Below, one piece after another: positions 29,335 through 42,214 of a stretch of 64,000 nt of DNA. The stretch is taken from the NCBI GenBank assembly GCA_951406725.2, contig OX597814.1:88226001-88290000 (forward strand). Direction: 5' to 3'. The stretch comes from Octopus vulgaris. Taxonomy: Eukaryota. Positions within the stretch are counted from its first letter, which is position 1; each line of letters begins with the position of its first letter. The translations under genes were made by a program, and so were the position numbers. Under the pieces are notes generated by a model. It did not search any database. It had not been told where the DNA came from and saw only the letters and a program-made list of their open reading frames with translations.

Positions 29335-29533
29335 ATCCTTTCTACTATAGGCGCTGGGCATGAATTTTGTGGGGAGAGGGTTAGTCGATTGTATCAACCC
29401 CAGTTCTCGACTGATACTTATTTTATCGTCCTCGGAAGGAAAGTCGATCTCGGCAGAATTTTAACCAAGAACGTGAAGAATCAGAAGAAATACCACTAAG
29501 CACTCCGGCGTGTTAACAAAATCTGCCAGCTCG
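29335..29533 (-). mobile_element. SINE family A monomer, degenerate
   Basis: Similarity to family core and head. Confidence 0.7.
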
Positions 29534-30303
29534 TAGACTATATAATAATGTACGATCTGGCTTAAGATATCTTATCGTTGACATCACTACTAGTGAAAGT
29601 AGATGATGGATACTTTATACTTTTGGACTACGAGAATATTGAAGCGAATACCTTTTCCCGTAGTTCGGTTATTTGGTCGAAAAACCAGACTGTACTGGCT
29701 ACAAATATTTTTCCTTTAAAGCCTATCGTATATTTATTTCATGTCAGAGAATAAAGGCTAAAATATATATTTTGAGAGGTCAGCAAAAGATATAACATAA
29801 AGAAATGGGATATAGTACAATAGACTGGCAATAAGGATAGTCATGTACCTCAAAAGTTGACTGGAAAGGTCGGTAAAAGAAGTGGTATCGTGAGTGATAG
29901 CTATAAATGTTATCAGCATAACGGAAAACATCTCTGCCATTATCGGTTGCTGTGGTATCTGTACCCAGTAACCCAGACTTAGCACATAGCAGTGTTAATG
30001 GGTCTAACGAAGTTCCTGATTTTGGTAACAAAACTGCACCAACAAGTGAACTAATAAGCTAATTCATCTTCCATTGAAATAGTCACACGCTGAGAAAGTA
30101 TTATTTCAGTAAACGCTAGTTCATCTGCTGTCGAAGCAATCACACAGTGGAAGAATTAGCCGTAAGCCATGTTACCTAACAACAAGCGATCACTGTTAGA
30201 TGCTAACCTAAAACTTTCTGCATTGTTTACATTGTAATGTTTTTGGAATCTAGAAAGGCTATGATGTAATACAGACTCTGGTTATCCAAATATACATACA
30301 TGC

Positions 30304-30365
<62 letters not shown>

Positions 30366-30517
30366 CAGCGTGGAAGGTGTTTATAAGCCATTTAAGAAAC
30401 ACACAAAAGCCGTTCGATTCGCTTCAACATTTAAGTTTAATTTGTCAAAAAAAAAAAAATGTATATATATATATATGGAGAGTATTGTAGTTCGCTTGAA
30501 GCATTGTGTACTGTTTG

Positions 30518-30768
30518 TAAAGAATTAAAAGTTTTGAATGGTACGACAATGCACTATAATACAGACAATGGGCTATATACCTGTTGTAATTTAGCTATCC
30601 ATAGTGTAACTAGAAAACCGACTATAGCAGTAACTCCATCTAAGAATATCTGAAGAAGGAATATTATTCCGAGATATCATATCAGACTATGGATGATTAA
30701 ATTACAACAGGTATATAGCCCATTGTCTGTATTATAATGCATTGTTGTACCATTCAAAACTTTTTATT

Positions 30769-30773
<5 letters not shown>
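30518..30773. repeat. 88-bp inverted repeat (6 mismatches) around an 80-bp spacer containing a hammerhead-like motif
   Basis: Arms 30518-30605 and 30686-30773 compared by hand. Confidence 0.92.
30646..30682 (+). ncRNA. Degenerate minimal type I hammerhead ribozyme motif
   Basis: ATAT-CTGAAGA-A-GGAAT(att)ATTCC-GAGA-TATC-ATAT; GAGA replaces the conserved GAAA. Confidence 0.5.
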
Positions 30774-30838
<65 letters not shown>

Positions 30839-31830
30839 CTACATACATACATACATACATACATACATACATACATACATACATACATACATACATACAT
30901 ACAGTAATACCTCACACTTCACGAGGGCCCGCTTTACAAGACCTCAGATTTATGAGTTTTATATTATGATAAATATAAAATGGTTAAACCGCCATTTTGT
31001 GTGTGGCAACACTAGTTCTGACGCGTCTACACAGCTGCATTTACACTATTATTTTCGGCATTTTTAAAACCCACCCAATATATGTAAACGAAAGTTTACA
31101 TATAGCAATGGATCGAGGCGTGATCTCTCTCGTTGAGAGAAACTTTACATCATTCACCATCTCGAATTCTAAATAAGAAGGAACGAATTTCGACTAGTGA
31201 CATATGCCTACATTATTTTTCAGGAATCTCAAAACGCAATGATAATCATTTCCACCATTAACAATGATTTTTCCCTCAAGAAAAAGACAGGCTTATTGCC
31301 AGGATATTAATTATGCAAATTACCTTGGTCATACGTATGTTCTACTCTTTGTATATATGTCTGGCTCTTTGACAACTAGGGATAAATTTGGACAGTTATC
31401 GTCAGGATGATACCTGTTAAGACAGAAACACGTGTCCACAACTGTCCTCATATCTCCAGGAAATAAACCTGTTCTTTCCTTAATGTCATGTCAGCTTTGG
31501 AGATTTATTGATCCACGACATCCTCTTCCCTTCGTATACGGAACTGGTCTTAATTGCCGTTTAGTGATTATGATACATTCTCTAGAGGTAGAACTATTAT
31601 TGAATGATATTTGACATACCTACATTTGTCTTATGTTTTTCAAATACATGCCACTGGCCACTCTGAGCTTATTTTGTGTGCGTGTGTGTGTGTGCGTGTG
31701 TGTGTGCGTGGTGTGTGTGTGCGCGCGCGCGAGTGAAAATGATGAGTATTGTACACATTACAAGTTTTACTTTGTGATAACTGAAATAAATCAACGCGTA
31801 TTTCTTATACAACTTTGCCAACATTTTTAG

Positions 31831-31968
31831 TTGCAGGAATCCGCTGTGTTCAGTGCAGTTCTCTGAAGAATCCTCACTGTGTATCGGGTAAAGTTCCACC
31901 TAGTCAATGTACATCGATAGACTCTGGTGCAAACTTCTGCGTCAGGTACATCGGGAAGTTAGAAACAG
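31831..31968 (+). CDS. Ly6/uPAR gene, coding exon 2: (V)AGIRCVQCSSLKNPHCVSGKVPPSQCTSIDSGANFCVRYIGKLET
   Basis: Acceptor catttttag at 31830, donor CAG|gtaaag at 31968; 138 nt, phase 1-1; IRCxQC start and 5 Cys typical of the N-terminal half of an LU domain. Confidence 0.9.
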
Positions 31969-32395
31969 GTAAAGTCATATTCTTTTCTATCGTTATTTAC
32001 AAAAGTTTGACCAATTAACTAATATGCATCTATAACATTCCTTGCAGTACATACTTTCATGTATAAATTTCTCAAACGTTTCTCATTGAAAACAAATATA
32101 TTATGTCGTTGGATGCAGCGGGTTAAATGGCAGAAATCCTACCGAGATTAACTTTACAATTATCCAATTGACATCAATAAATATAATGCAGCTATGGGTG
32201 CGTAGTTAAGAAACTCATACTTCTTATATTTAATTAAAATTACTTTATTAAATATAAATTTAGTTAAAACTAATTCGGCGTACGTATTTAAGCATGGTGG
32301 ATGCTTTTCAATATATGTTGTCACCTTAGTTCAAATATTTCCACACAACTTTGATAGAAGGGAAATATGTTAAAATTTATTGCTAATTCCAACAA

Positions 32396-32429
<34 letters not shown>

Positions 32430-33000
32430 TTATAGGAATTTACAAGTGTGTATGTATGTATGTATGTATGTATGTATGTATGTATGTATGTATGTATGTA
32501 TGTATGCTCACTGGGATACATTTGTCTGCTGTTAGGAAACTGCATTTGCTCTTCATGAAATGTCATGCGTTTTTAGAAGGCCATTTCTGTTTGCCTGGTA
32601 TAATTTGTTCAACATCTTGAATTGGGTATTAAATGTTGTTTCAATTAATCAATTCTATTTCCATTTAATGAATTTTAATTTCGTACGTATTATTCCTACT
32701 ATTAATCGCAGAAAATGAATATTTCACTTATCTCTCTTGCTAATGTCAACAACAATCCGTTATTACTTTCAGCTTTACCATTAGCTTCTGTTATGTGATT
32801 ATTGTAACGCTAACAGCAAATAGCTATGAAGTAAAATAAATTTGAGATTATTTTTTTTTAAATCATGATTGTCAGGAAGGCCAAGTGGTCTAAGGTGCCA
32901 GATCCTTAAAAAGAAAGACACCACTTGATTACATCAACATCACATTTCATCCATAAAATTTAATCAAAGATTTCAGTGCATTTTTCTCGTGTGTGTGTGC

Positions 33001-33034
<34 letters not shown>

Positions 33035-33359
33035 GTGTGCGCGCGCGTGTGTGTGTGCGTGTGCATGTGTGTGCTCCTGTCTGTCTATCTATTTGTATGT
33101 ATTTATGTATGTATGTATGTATACGGAACTGGTTTTAATGTATGTATATAATTATGAATACATGTTTGCCTGCAAAGTGTTCAAGCTGGTCGCTAACAAA
33201 GCGACAAGACCTTTTAACTTGGGAGAGCTCCTAGTGTTTGTAAAAATATAGTTGAGTTGATGTGTTGGTTGAGCTGTGGATTCAGACACCCAAGTGTGTG
33301 CATCAATTCATCTAAAGAATCTCAAATTGAGAGTCTTTGTACCGCTAATAAATTGGATT

Positions 33360-33570
33360 TATTCTTTTTTCTTTTTATTTTTTTCAGTCATTTGACTGTG
33401 GCCATTCTAGAGCACCGCCTTTAGTCGAGCAAATCGACCCCAGGACTTATTTTTGTAACCCTAGTACTTATTCTATCGGTCTCTTTTGCCGAACCGCTAA
33501 GTTACGGGGACGTAAACACACCACCATCGGTTGTCAAGTGACGTTGGGGGACAAACACAGACACACAAAC

Positions 33571-33608
<38 letters not shown>

Positions 33609-33771
33609 GACGGGCTTCTTTCAGTTTCCGTCTACCAAATCCACTCACAAGGCTTTAGACAGCCCGAGGCTAAAGAAGAAGACACTTGCCCAAGGTGCCA
33701 CGCAGTGGGACTGAACCCGGAACCATGTGGTTGGTAAGCAGGCTACTTACCACACAGCCACTCCTGCGCCT
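33360..33771 (-). mobile_element. Full-length SINE family B
   Basis: Reverse complement of 59809-60212. Confidence 0.9.
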
Positions 33772-34384
33772 GGAGAAGACGCGTTAATTTCTTTTGCTCT
33801 TTCCTCGAAGAAACTAGTATTTCTAAGATTTTGTGTAAATTTGTAGGTACATAGCCTGATGCACCTATGATGATTGATGCAAGTGTGAGTTCCGCGTTGA
33901 TTCATCATAAATGTTCCCTTTTTTCCTGGACTTTTGATGGTACATTCACATACCCTGGGTAGCTAACCTCTACAACAGTAGCTGAGTTTAGTTGCCTGTC
34001 CGCAGATCAATATCAAGTCTGTTATGTTTTCACCGAATTTCTGTTTATAAGAGTGTCCTACTGTTATTCCTTATTTTCAAAGGTGTGAATACATGGTTCT
34101 AACATGCCTTTGATATATACGTCAGGACAATCCTTCCAGTGAATTTGTATGTATGTATGTATGTATGTATGTATGTATGTATGTATGTATGTATGTATGT
34201 ATGTATGCATGCATGCATGTATGTATGCATGTATGTATGCATGTATGTATGTATGTATGTATGTATGTATGTATGTATGCATGCATGCATGCATGCATGT
34301 CTGTCTGTCTGTATGTATGCATGCATGCATGACTGTATGTATGTATGTATGTATGTATGTATGTATGTATGTATACTTATAGTC

Positions 34385-34543
34385 ACAGGCGTGGCTGTGT
34401 GGTCAAAAAACTTGCTTCCCAACCATGTGGTCTTGAGTTCAGTTCTATTGCACATCTCTCTGGGAAAGTGTCTTCTACTATTTGAGTCGGGGCGACCAGG
34501 GCTCTCTTAGTGGACTTGGTTGACGGAAACTCAAAGAAACTCG

Positions 34544-34615
<72 letters not shown>

Positions 34616-34792
34616 ATCAATTTGTGTGTATTTTTGTGTTAGTGTTTATTTCCACCACAGCTTGACAAAAGGTTTTGGTTGGCTCGAGATTATAGTAGAA
34701 GATACTAGCCCAAGGTGCCGCTCAAAGGGAATGAACCCGGAACCATGTGGCTGGGGAGCAAGCTTCTTACCACACAGTCATGCTTTAGCCTG
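34385..34792. mobile_element. Two SINE B copies in opposite orientation
   Basis: Head on + at ~34385; head on - at ~34670-34792. Confidence 0.75.
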
Positions 34793-34873
34793 TAAGATAC
34801 ATATGTGCGTGCATGTGTGTGTATTCATATATAAATACACATACATGCACGCGCGCGCCCGCACACAGACAAA

Positions 34874-34911
<38 letters not shown>

Positions 34912-35523
34912 CACACTTATATATAAAGCTGGCAGAGGAGAAAAAGTGGTTCCATTTAACCTTTTTCATGAATTCTGATATTGGTGGATGGAAGGGAGGA
35001 AGTGATCTTTAGTGGTACACCTGGCCTGAATGTTTGCAACACAATGAACTCTGCCGAATGCTCCTAAGAGCCAGATGGCGATGTTAAGCCGCGCGTTAAT
35101 GAGATAAGAGATGGTGCGTAGTTACGAAATCTATGCGTCTGCTGTATGTATGTAAACAGTCGTTTATTGATGTGTAAATTTATTAAATACATCAATGACG
35201 TTTTCTTGAAAAAAAAAAAAAAAAAAAAAAAACATGAAAAAATATTTTTATATATGGATTATATATGTTTTTTTTTTTTAAATATACTAGAATAAGTAAT
35301 GTTAAGAGTAAGCTACTCGAATATTATTATGATTTTTTTGAGACGACATTTTATTTTCAAATATGTTATTTCAAGATGCTGCTTGTGATATATCTATATG
35401 GAATTTTAATACTATTTGCCTTTCAATGATTTAGTATAAAATTTTCATATGAGATTTTTAAAGACTATATAAACAACCTAGTAGAAGTAGCGAATGGTAA
35501 TATATAAATATATGTATATATAT

Positions 35524-35773
35524 ATTGAACATTTATGGTGCATTTTAGAAAAACAAGTAAGGAGTCAATATCCTCCTCTATCATCACTACAAGAACTGAA
35601 GACTGTCTTAGCTGAAGAATGGACAAAAATTCCTTTGGAAACAATTCAAACTTTGTACCAGTCCATACCTCGTAGAATTCAAGCTGTAATTACTGGCAAA
35701 GGCGGTCCTACCGCATATTAAAATGAATTTGTTTGAAATTTTAAATTATTTCCATTATTGTGTCCAACCCCTG
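35524..35773 (+). mobile_element. Tc1-like transposon 3' end (transposase C-terminus and TIR)
   Basis: IEHLWCILEKQVR...LAEEWTKIP...SIPRRIQAVITGKGGPTAY*; ends gtccaacccctg|TA. Confidence 0.85.
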
Positions 35774-36096
35774 TATATATACAGCGGACTACTTTCAGTT
35801 TCCGTCTGCAAATCCACTCACAAAGCTTTGGTCAAGGTGCCACGCAGTGGGTCTGAACCCAGAACAATGTGGTTGATAAGCAAGCTACTTAGTACACAAC
35901 CATGTGGTTGGTAAGCAAGCTACTTGCCACACAGCCATATATATATTCTGTAAATAATAATTATAAGCCTAATGTTGGCTATAGAAAATAGTCTCATAAT
36001 CCATAGCCAATACACGGTGAACGCTTACAGTCTTAAAGCATATAATCATTATTTACAGAATGTTCAGTTGTCACCGTTTCTTAGCGCAGAACATAT

Positions 36097-37990
36097 ATCA
36101 TCATCATTTCATCATCGTCGTTTAACGTCCGCTTTCCATGCTAGTATGGGTTGGACGGTTTGACTGAGGGTTGGCAAGTCAGAAACTGCACCAGGATCTA
36201 ATCTGAACTGGCAAAGTTTTTACAGCTGGATGCCCTTCCTAGTGCCAACCATTCCGAGAGTGTAGTGTGTGCTTTTTACGTGCCACCGGCACGAGGGCCA
36301 GTCAGACAGTACTGGCAACGACCACGATCGAATGATGTTTTTTACGTGCCACAGGCACGGGACTAGTCAGGCAGCACTGATATCGACCATGCTCGAATGG
36401 TGCTTTTTGTGTTCCACCGGCACGGGTGCCAATCAGGCGGTATTGTCATCAATCACGACAATGACTTCACTTGAATCAACAGGTCTTCGTAAGCGCAGTT
36501 TATTGCCCAATTATTGAAGGGTACTCTTAAATGGGCCGGTTACGGTTTCACTTGGCTTGCCGGGTCTTCTCAAGCACAGCATATCTCCTAAGTCGCTTGT
36601 CCTCACCTCCGTGAGGCCCAACGTTCGAAGGTCGTGCTTCACCACCTCATCCCTGGTCTTCCTGGATCTACCTCTTCCACAGGTTCCCTCTGCTGCTAGG
36701 GTGTGACACTTTTTCACACAGTTGTCCTCATCCATACGCAACACATGACCATACTAGCGCAGTCGTCTCACTTGCACACCACACCTGGTGCTTCTTATGT
36801 CCAAATTTCTCTCAGGGCGCTTCCTTTTTTGCAAGCTTACGCATTTCCTCAGCATGTTTCATTGTCATGTAGCATCGCTGTTTGCACACATGCGTCATAC
36901 AGTCTACCTTTTACTCTGAGCGAGAGGCCCTTTGTCACTAGCAGAGGTAGGAACTCTCTGAACTTTGCCCAGGCTAATCTTATTCTAGCAGCTACACTCT
37001 CAGAGCATTCACTCCCACTACTGACTTGGTCACCTAGGTAACGGAAGCTATCAACTACTAGTTTTTCCCCATGGCATGTGACGGAACCTGTTTTCTGCAC
37101 ATTTTCAGTGTCTATAGCACCTGAGTATTTACCACACACAAAACTATCTTCCCAGTTAGCCTTCCTTTGATATTACTGCACCTCTTATGTGCCCATAGCT
37201 TACACCGGGTACATCTTATGGAGTTTCTACCTACGCCTTTTCTACAAATCGAGCAGGGCCACCTACCTGAAGGGATTTGTGATTTGTCTGTCTTCCTACT
37301 TATTAAGACTTTGGTTTTGCTAGATTGACTCTAAGGCCCTTCGATTGTAGACCTTGCTTCCATACCGAGATAATGGTTGCCAATCCATGTTGCAGCACTA
37401 ATCTTATCTTAAATATGTTATCACAGACTCTGATTACCTCGATTACCTTATCAACCCATTTCTTCGCAAGAAGTATACCCACGCCTCCGATCTCGTCAGT
37501 GTTCCCTGTCCAGAAAATCTTATACCTATGTTCTTTGCCTGTGAGGAACCTGTCAGAACTTCTTCTTCACCTTACTTCTTGGATGCAGCACAAATCTACA
37601 CGTCTCCGTTCAAGCATCTCAACAATCTCACCAGACCTACCTTTTAGTGTTCCAACATTAAATGTGCCAACATTAAGTATGCCAACTCTGAAGATGTGGG
37701 AGGTGTAGGCCAGCGAGACCCTGGGATGGAGAACAGCAGTGTCATGTACCTGAAAAGAAAGCTCGCATTTAGCAGAACTTATAAACATACAATAGCCTTC
37801 AACCTGCATACACTACACCATCATTTTTATGTGCTACATAATCACTACATTACATAGGAGATAAACCCTAAGTAGGGGTGGGGGAACATTAAGCCTTTGG
37901 AGGTGTTCATGGGAGAGACATCCGATAGAGGCCAGTGGATAGAGACTTCCGGTAGAGGTTGTGGGGGTGGGAAGGACGCACGGCGAAACA
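36097..37990 (-). mobile_element. Decayed RTE-clade LINE with large internal deletion
   Basis: APE N-terminus NVGTLKGRSGEIVEMLERRRVDLCCIQEVR; Cys-rich insert; post-RT VDSFRYLG...RIRLAWAKFRE...KGRLY; GRGRSRKT; (GAT)n tail; RT core not seen. Confidence 0.85.
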
Positions 37991-38204
37991 GTAAAAAATT
38001 CAAGCTGCCAGTGTGAGAAAATATTAATGATAATAATGAGATAGAATTGGGTATTTGAATTCTTAACTTGAGCTATATAACCAACAGTTTTCGGTCAGCC
38101 AAACTGTGACAAAATTAGATAGATGAATGAATAAATGACAATAATAAATAAGTATGAAAGAGAGGGAGAAAGAGGGAGAGTTGGGTTGAGCTAAGGGATC
38201 ATAA

Positions 38205-38307
<103 letters not shown>

Positions 38308-38465
38308 TGTCTGTCTGTCTGTGTGTGTGTGTACATACATTTATGTATGCACCTTTTAAGGTGGTGCTCCAACATGGCTGCAGTCAAAAGACTGAAACAA
38401 GTAAAAGAATAAAAGAATATAGTTGTAGTAGTAGTAATAGCAGCAGCAGCAGCAGCAGCAGTAGC

Positions 38466-38505
<40 letters not shown>

Positions 38506-39153
38506 ACAAACAAAAGAAATAATATAGTACTCAATACTATAAATCAAAGTGTTAATTTAATTTGTTCGGCTGAAATCATCACTGATAATTACTGGTAATA
38601 ATTTATTTGCATGAAAATCACATTATTCTTTCAATATGGTGGATTTTCATGTATGTATGTGTTTCTGTATGGGCATGTATATGTGAGAAATAGTTCAACG
38701 GATTGTATTACATTTTGGAGTGATCCAAAACGGTTCTGAAAAATTCACCAAGAAAATTGTTTTGTTATTATTGTTGTAGCAGTTTTATTTTATTTTATTT
38801 ATTTATTTTTTTTGTGTGTAGTAGCTACTGCTAGTTAGTTCTACAAGTACTTTTGCTGATATAGCTTCAGAATAGAGTTTCTAGCCGTACTTATATGGCT
38901 ATAAGTACAACCAAAACTATTAGAGCCAGTTATAGAAATAGTGTTAAGCAGAAAAAAATATTCTCAGTAGTAATTAAGATAATGGAGTGACAGAATCGGT
39001 AGATTCTCGGACAAAATATTATGTTTTATTTGTCCCTTTACAATCTCACTTCAAATCCCACCGCAGTCAACTGTGTCTTTCATCACCGTTGAGTCGATAA
39101 AATAAAGTACCGGTACAGTACTGGTTGTTGATATAATTGAACGAAGCCTTTTT

Positions 39154-39568
39154 GGATCTTTTCGGTTTGAACGGCATTTTTTTCAAATAATTTCCACGTA
39201 ACTAAACACTTTTAAACTTCGTATACTGGTAGAATGTGTTTATAAAACATCTTTTTCTCTTGGCTTTATTGAGAAAATTCTATAGTTTGTAAGATATTTG
39301 TTGTTTCTTTTTCTTCAATGTCTGCAATTTCAACCAGTCAATGACGTCTATTGAGGTGAAAACATTCTGTGCCGTATGAATATGTCCCTCGTTTAAGAAA
39401 CAGATAGGGTTTATTTATATTTCTGAAGAAAAAATACCCTTCCTCCCACCCCTAACCCTAACCCTAAAACAGATTGAAATGCAATAGATCGATACTAGGG
39501 TCATAATTATGGGTGACAATTTCATATGACACCGCTAGAAAAAACTGCCGTTCAAACCGAAAAGATCC
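39154..39568. mobile_element. MITE with ~30-bp TIRs and 8-bp TSD (Merlin-like), nested in a SINE A copy
   Basis: ggatcttttcggtttgaacggca / tgccgttcaaaccgaaaagatcc; TSD gccttttt (39146-39153) versus gctttttt (39569-39576). Confidence 0.85.
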
Positions 39569-42145
39569 GCTTTTTTCATATTTCTGGCCTTTTGCCTACA
39601 TAACAAACCTCTATTTAATCTTCTTAGTGCTAATGTCCTCGAAAAATTCTCGGGCGCCGCAATCTCTTATACTTCTCTCCCTAAAAAAAAAAAGGGGGGA
39701 GTTCAAGCGACCAAGCCTGCTCATAAAATCAGTATTCAAACTATTCACGTGATTCCTAAACGTCATGATTCAAAGCAATTGATAAATATCGATGTTTTTC
39801 TAGTTACTCATCTCAATAATAATAATAATAATAATAATGATAATAATAATAATAATAATAAAGGTTTTTTGTTTGACATTTACTGCCTGTTATTATATAG
39901 TGCACTCTCGCATTTGTCCTCTTCTCATTTGTCTTACTTCTGGGTGGATTCGGCATTCAATAAGTATTTGTAAATAACAAAAATTTCTTTTCTTTATTCA
40001 TTGACTTTCAAAAGTAATATTTTCTTCTCTTACATGCGAGTTCAATGTCACGTGTTATTGAGTTGAACTTTTCTTTGTCCATAACTACAAGTTATTTACT
40101 TGGTAGCTATTCTTCTTCGTCTTTCCTCACAGGATCGGCTACCACCAAATGTTACGTCAATAAGTGCCTTTTCTTTCTCTCTGTCTCCTCTTTCTTTCTT
40201 TCTTTCTTTCTTTCAAGCAAATTAGATTACAACAAATCACAATTTCAGTTATTTTACGAAGTTCTAAATTCGATGATTTTAATTACAGAATTTTAATTAC
40301 TGAAGAGTTTCCCCTTCTGTGTATGTGTATGTGTGCGTGTGCATATCTGTTTGTGCGTCCGTACAAGTGTCTACGAGGTGAACAAAGATTACGTTTCAAC
40401 TATGCTTTTGTTTGTCCTGGAATCCGTACATGTTAACTTGTTTGAAAGTAATAATGGGCAAACTACGGGACTTTCTGAATGACCCTCCAAACGATAAGTT
40501 ACTTCGAATCTTTTTTAGTAGTGTGGCCCGCCAGATGATTAGCCATGTCTTATGCGGTCCGCTTCTCGAAGGAGGTTTCTTACGCATGAAATAAGTTAAT
40601 CTTAGCAGCGTAGCTCATCGGTAGTCATCTGTCGTGCAATAGAGTGAATCTTTGAAAATTCTGAAAAATAAATTTAAGCAACCGCTTACATTCTTTGAAA
40701 TAATGATTCCGCTTTCTTTGTTCAAGCCCACACTAATGCTATTAAAAGGCCATTTCATTTTGTAGAGTAAGAACAAGTCTCCCAAGTCGCTTCCATTAGA
40801 ACTCTCTATGAGACGTAAAAGTTGCTCATCTCATCCTTCTTAACGTAGCAATTATCCTTGTATTTAAAAGAATGCGAGTAAGGCCACAGCTAACGCTAAA
40901 TAATTACATAAGCAAATTTAGCCTAAATGTAAGAAATTCGTTGCTTACATAGCATACCTAACATCATCAGAGACATCGATTACTCTAAATACGGGCTGTT
41001 TATTTGACATATCATCAGAAAAAATAACAGAAATATTTACTCGTGCAATCAGAACAATGAGTTATCTGATCAATAACACAGTTGGATACGGATATGCAAT
41101 ATTAATAGCTGTCTGTCTTTGCACCAACAAACGTTTATACTTATTGCAGTAATCTAATATTTGTAATATTTGTTGTTACGGTTTTATCTATTAATGTTCC
41201 TAAGGCTTACGATGCCTTTTCGAATGTATTGAAACACAAAGGCAATAAACTAAAGTAAATCGAAATAAAGTGAAATCATCTTATAAGCCTATGCGCTAGC
41301 ATTTTGCATATAAAGAATGTTATAATGATTACAAACCATTGATCTCTTTCCTACGTTAAATCTCCTTCCTACGTTAGATCTCTTAAGGTCGTTATTTTAG
41401 ATATTGATATCTCTAATTTACAATATCTTCATATTCTAGCACAAGAAATAACTCTAATTCAGGTTTTACGGTATGTAAATAATTGCAGTTAAAAGAAATC
41501 CGAGTGACAATTAACAGACGTTATTGCTAGTTATATGGCATAAACGATTCCACAGACCTAGTCGTCTCTTTTCTTCCCTAGTGTCGATTAATAGTACCTT
41601 TTATCAAGTTGTGATCTTTCATACATTACATTATACTTATATATAGAAAAGAGCAACTTACCTCATGTGTGTCTGCCATGTTACTTCATTCCTGTATGCC
41701 TTGCATCCAACTTCCAACCAGTCAATTTGCTCTTAATATCAACGGTATAATCAACACCACTATTAAACTTTGAATCTCGAGAAAACGAATATACTATATG
41801 ACATTCCATCATATATGAACACACCAATAGACAACTAAAACCCATTAAAAGTCCTTCAAAGTCAAGACTTTACTTTAACATTTATGGCAACATCACAAAC
41901 CCTGCAGTGATGACCGCATCTCAAAAGCAGGATTTGTTTTTCAGAGTAACAAAATGTTTCAGCATAGACATTAGTTAATTCTAAGAAAATAAACAATTAA
42001 ACCTATGCTTCAAAACTGTAGTTAATTATTCAGTTCATTATGTATCAGTATTGAGAAAATTGAAAGTTAGGTTGTGTTGTTAGTTTAGATACCATTTCTT
42101 TTCTCTTGTGGACAGAAATTTCCTTAGAATTAAACATTTGGATTT

Positions 42146-42214
<69 letters not shown>

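Noticed and set aside
33780-34145. Possible second Penelope GIY-YIG remnant (IHWKDCPDVYIKG, minus strand)
   Set aside because: Too decayed to support without a profile search
39451-39467. Interstitial telomere
   Set aside because: Fewer than three CCCTAA units and internal to a MITE
40933-40972. Minus-strand CTGATGA-T-GTT...AAC-GAAT as a hammerhead
   Set aside because: Only a 3-bp stem II, GAAT instead of GAAA, and no convincing stems I or III
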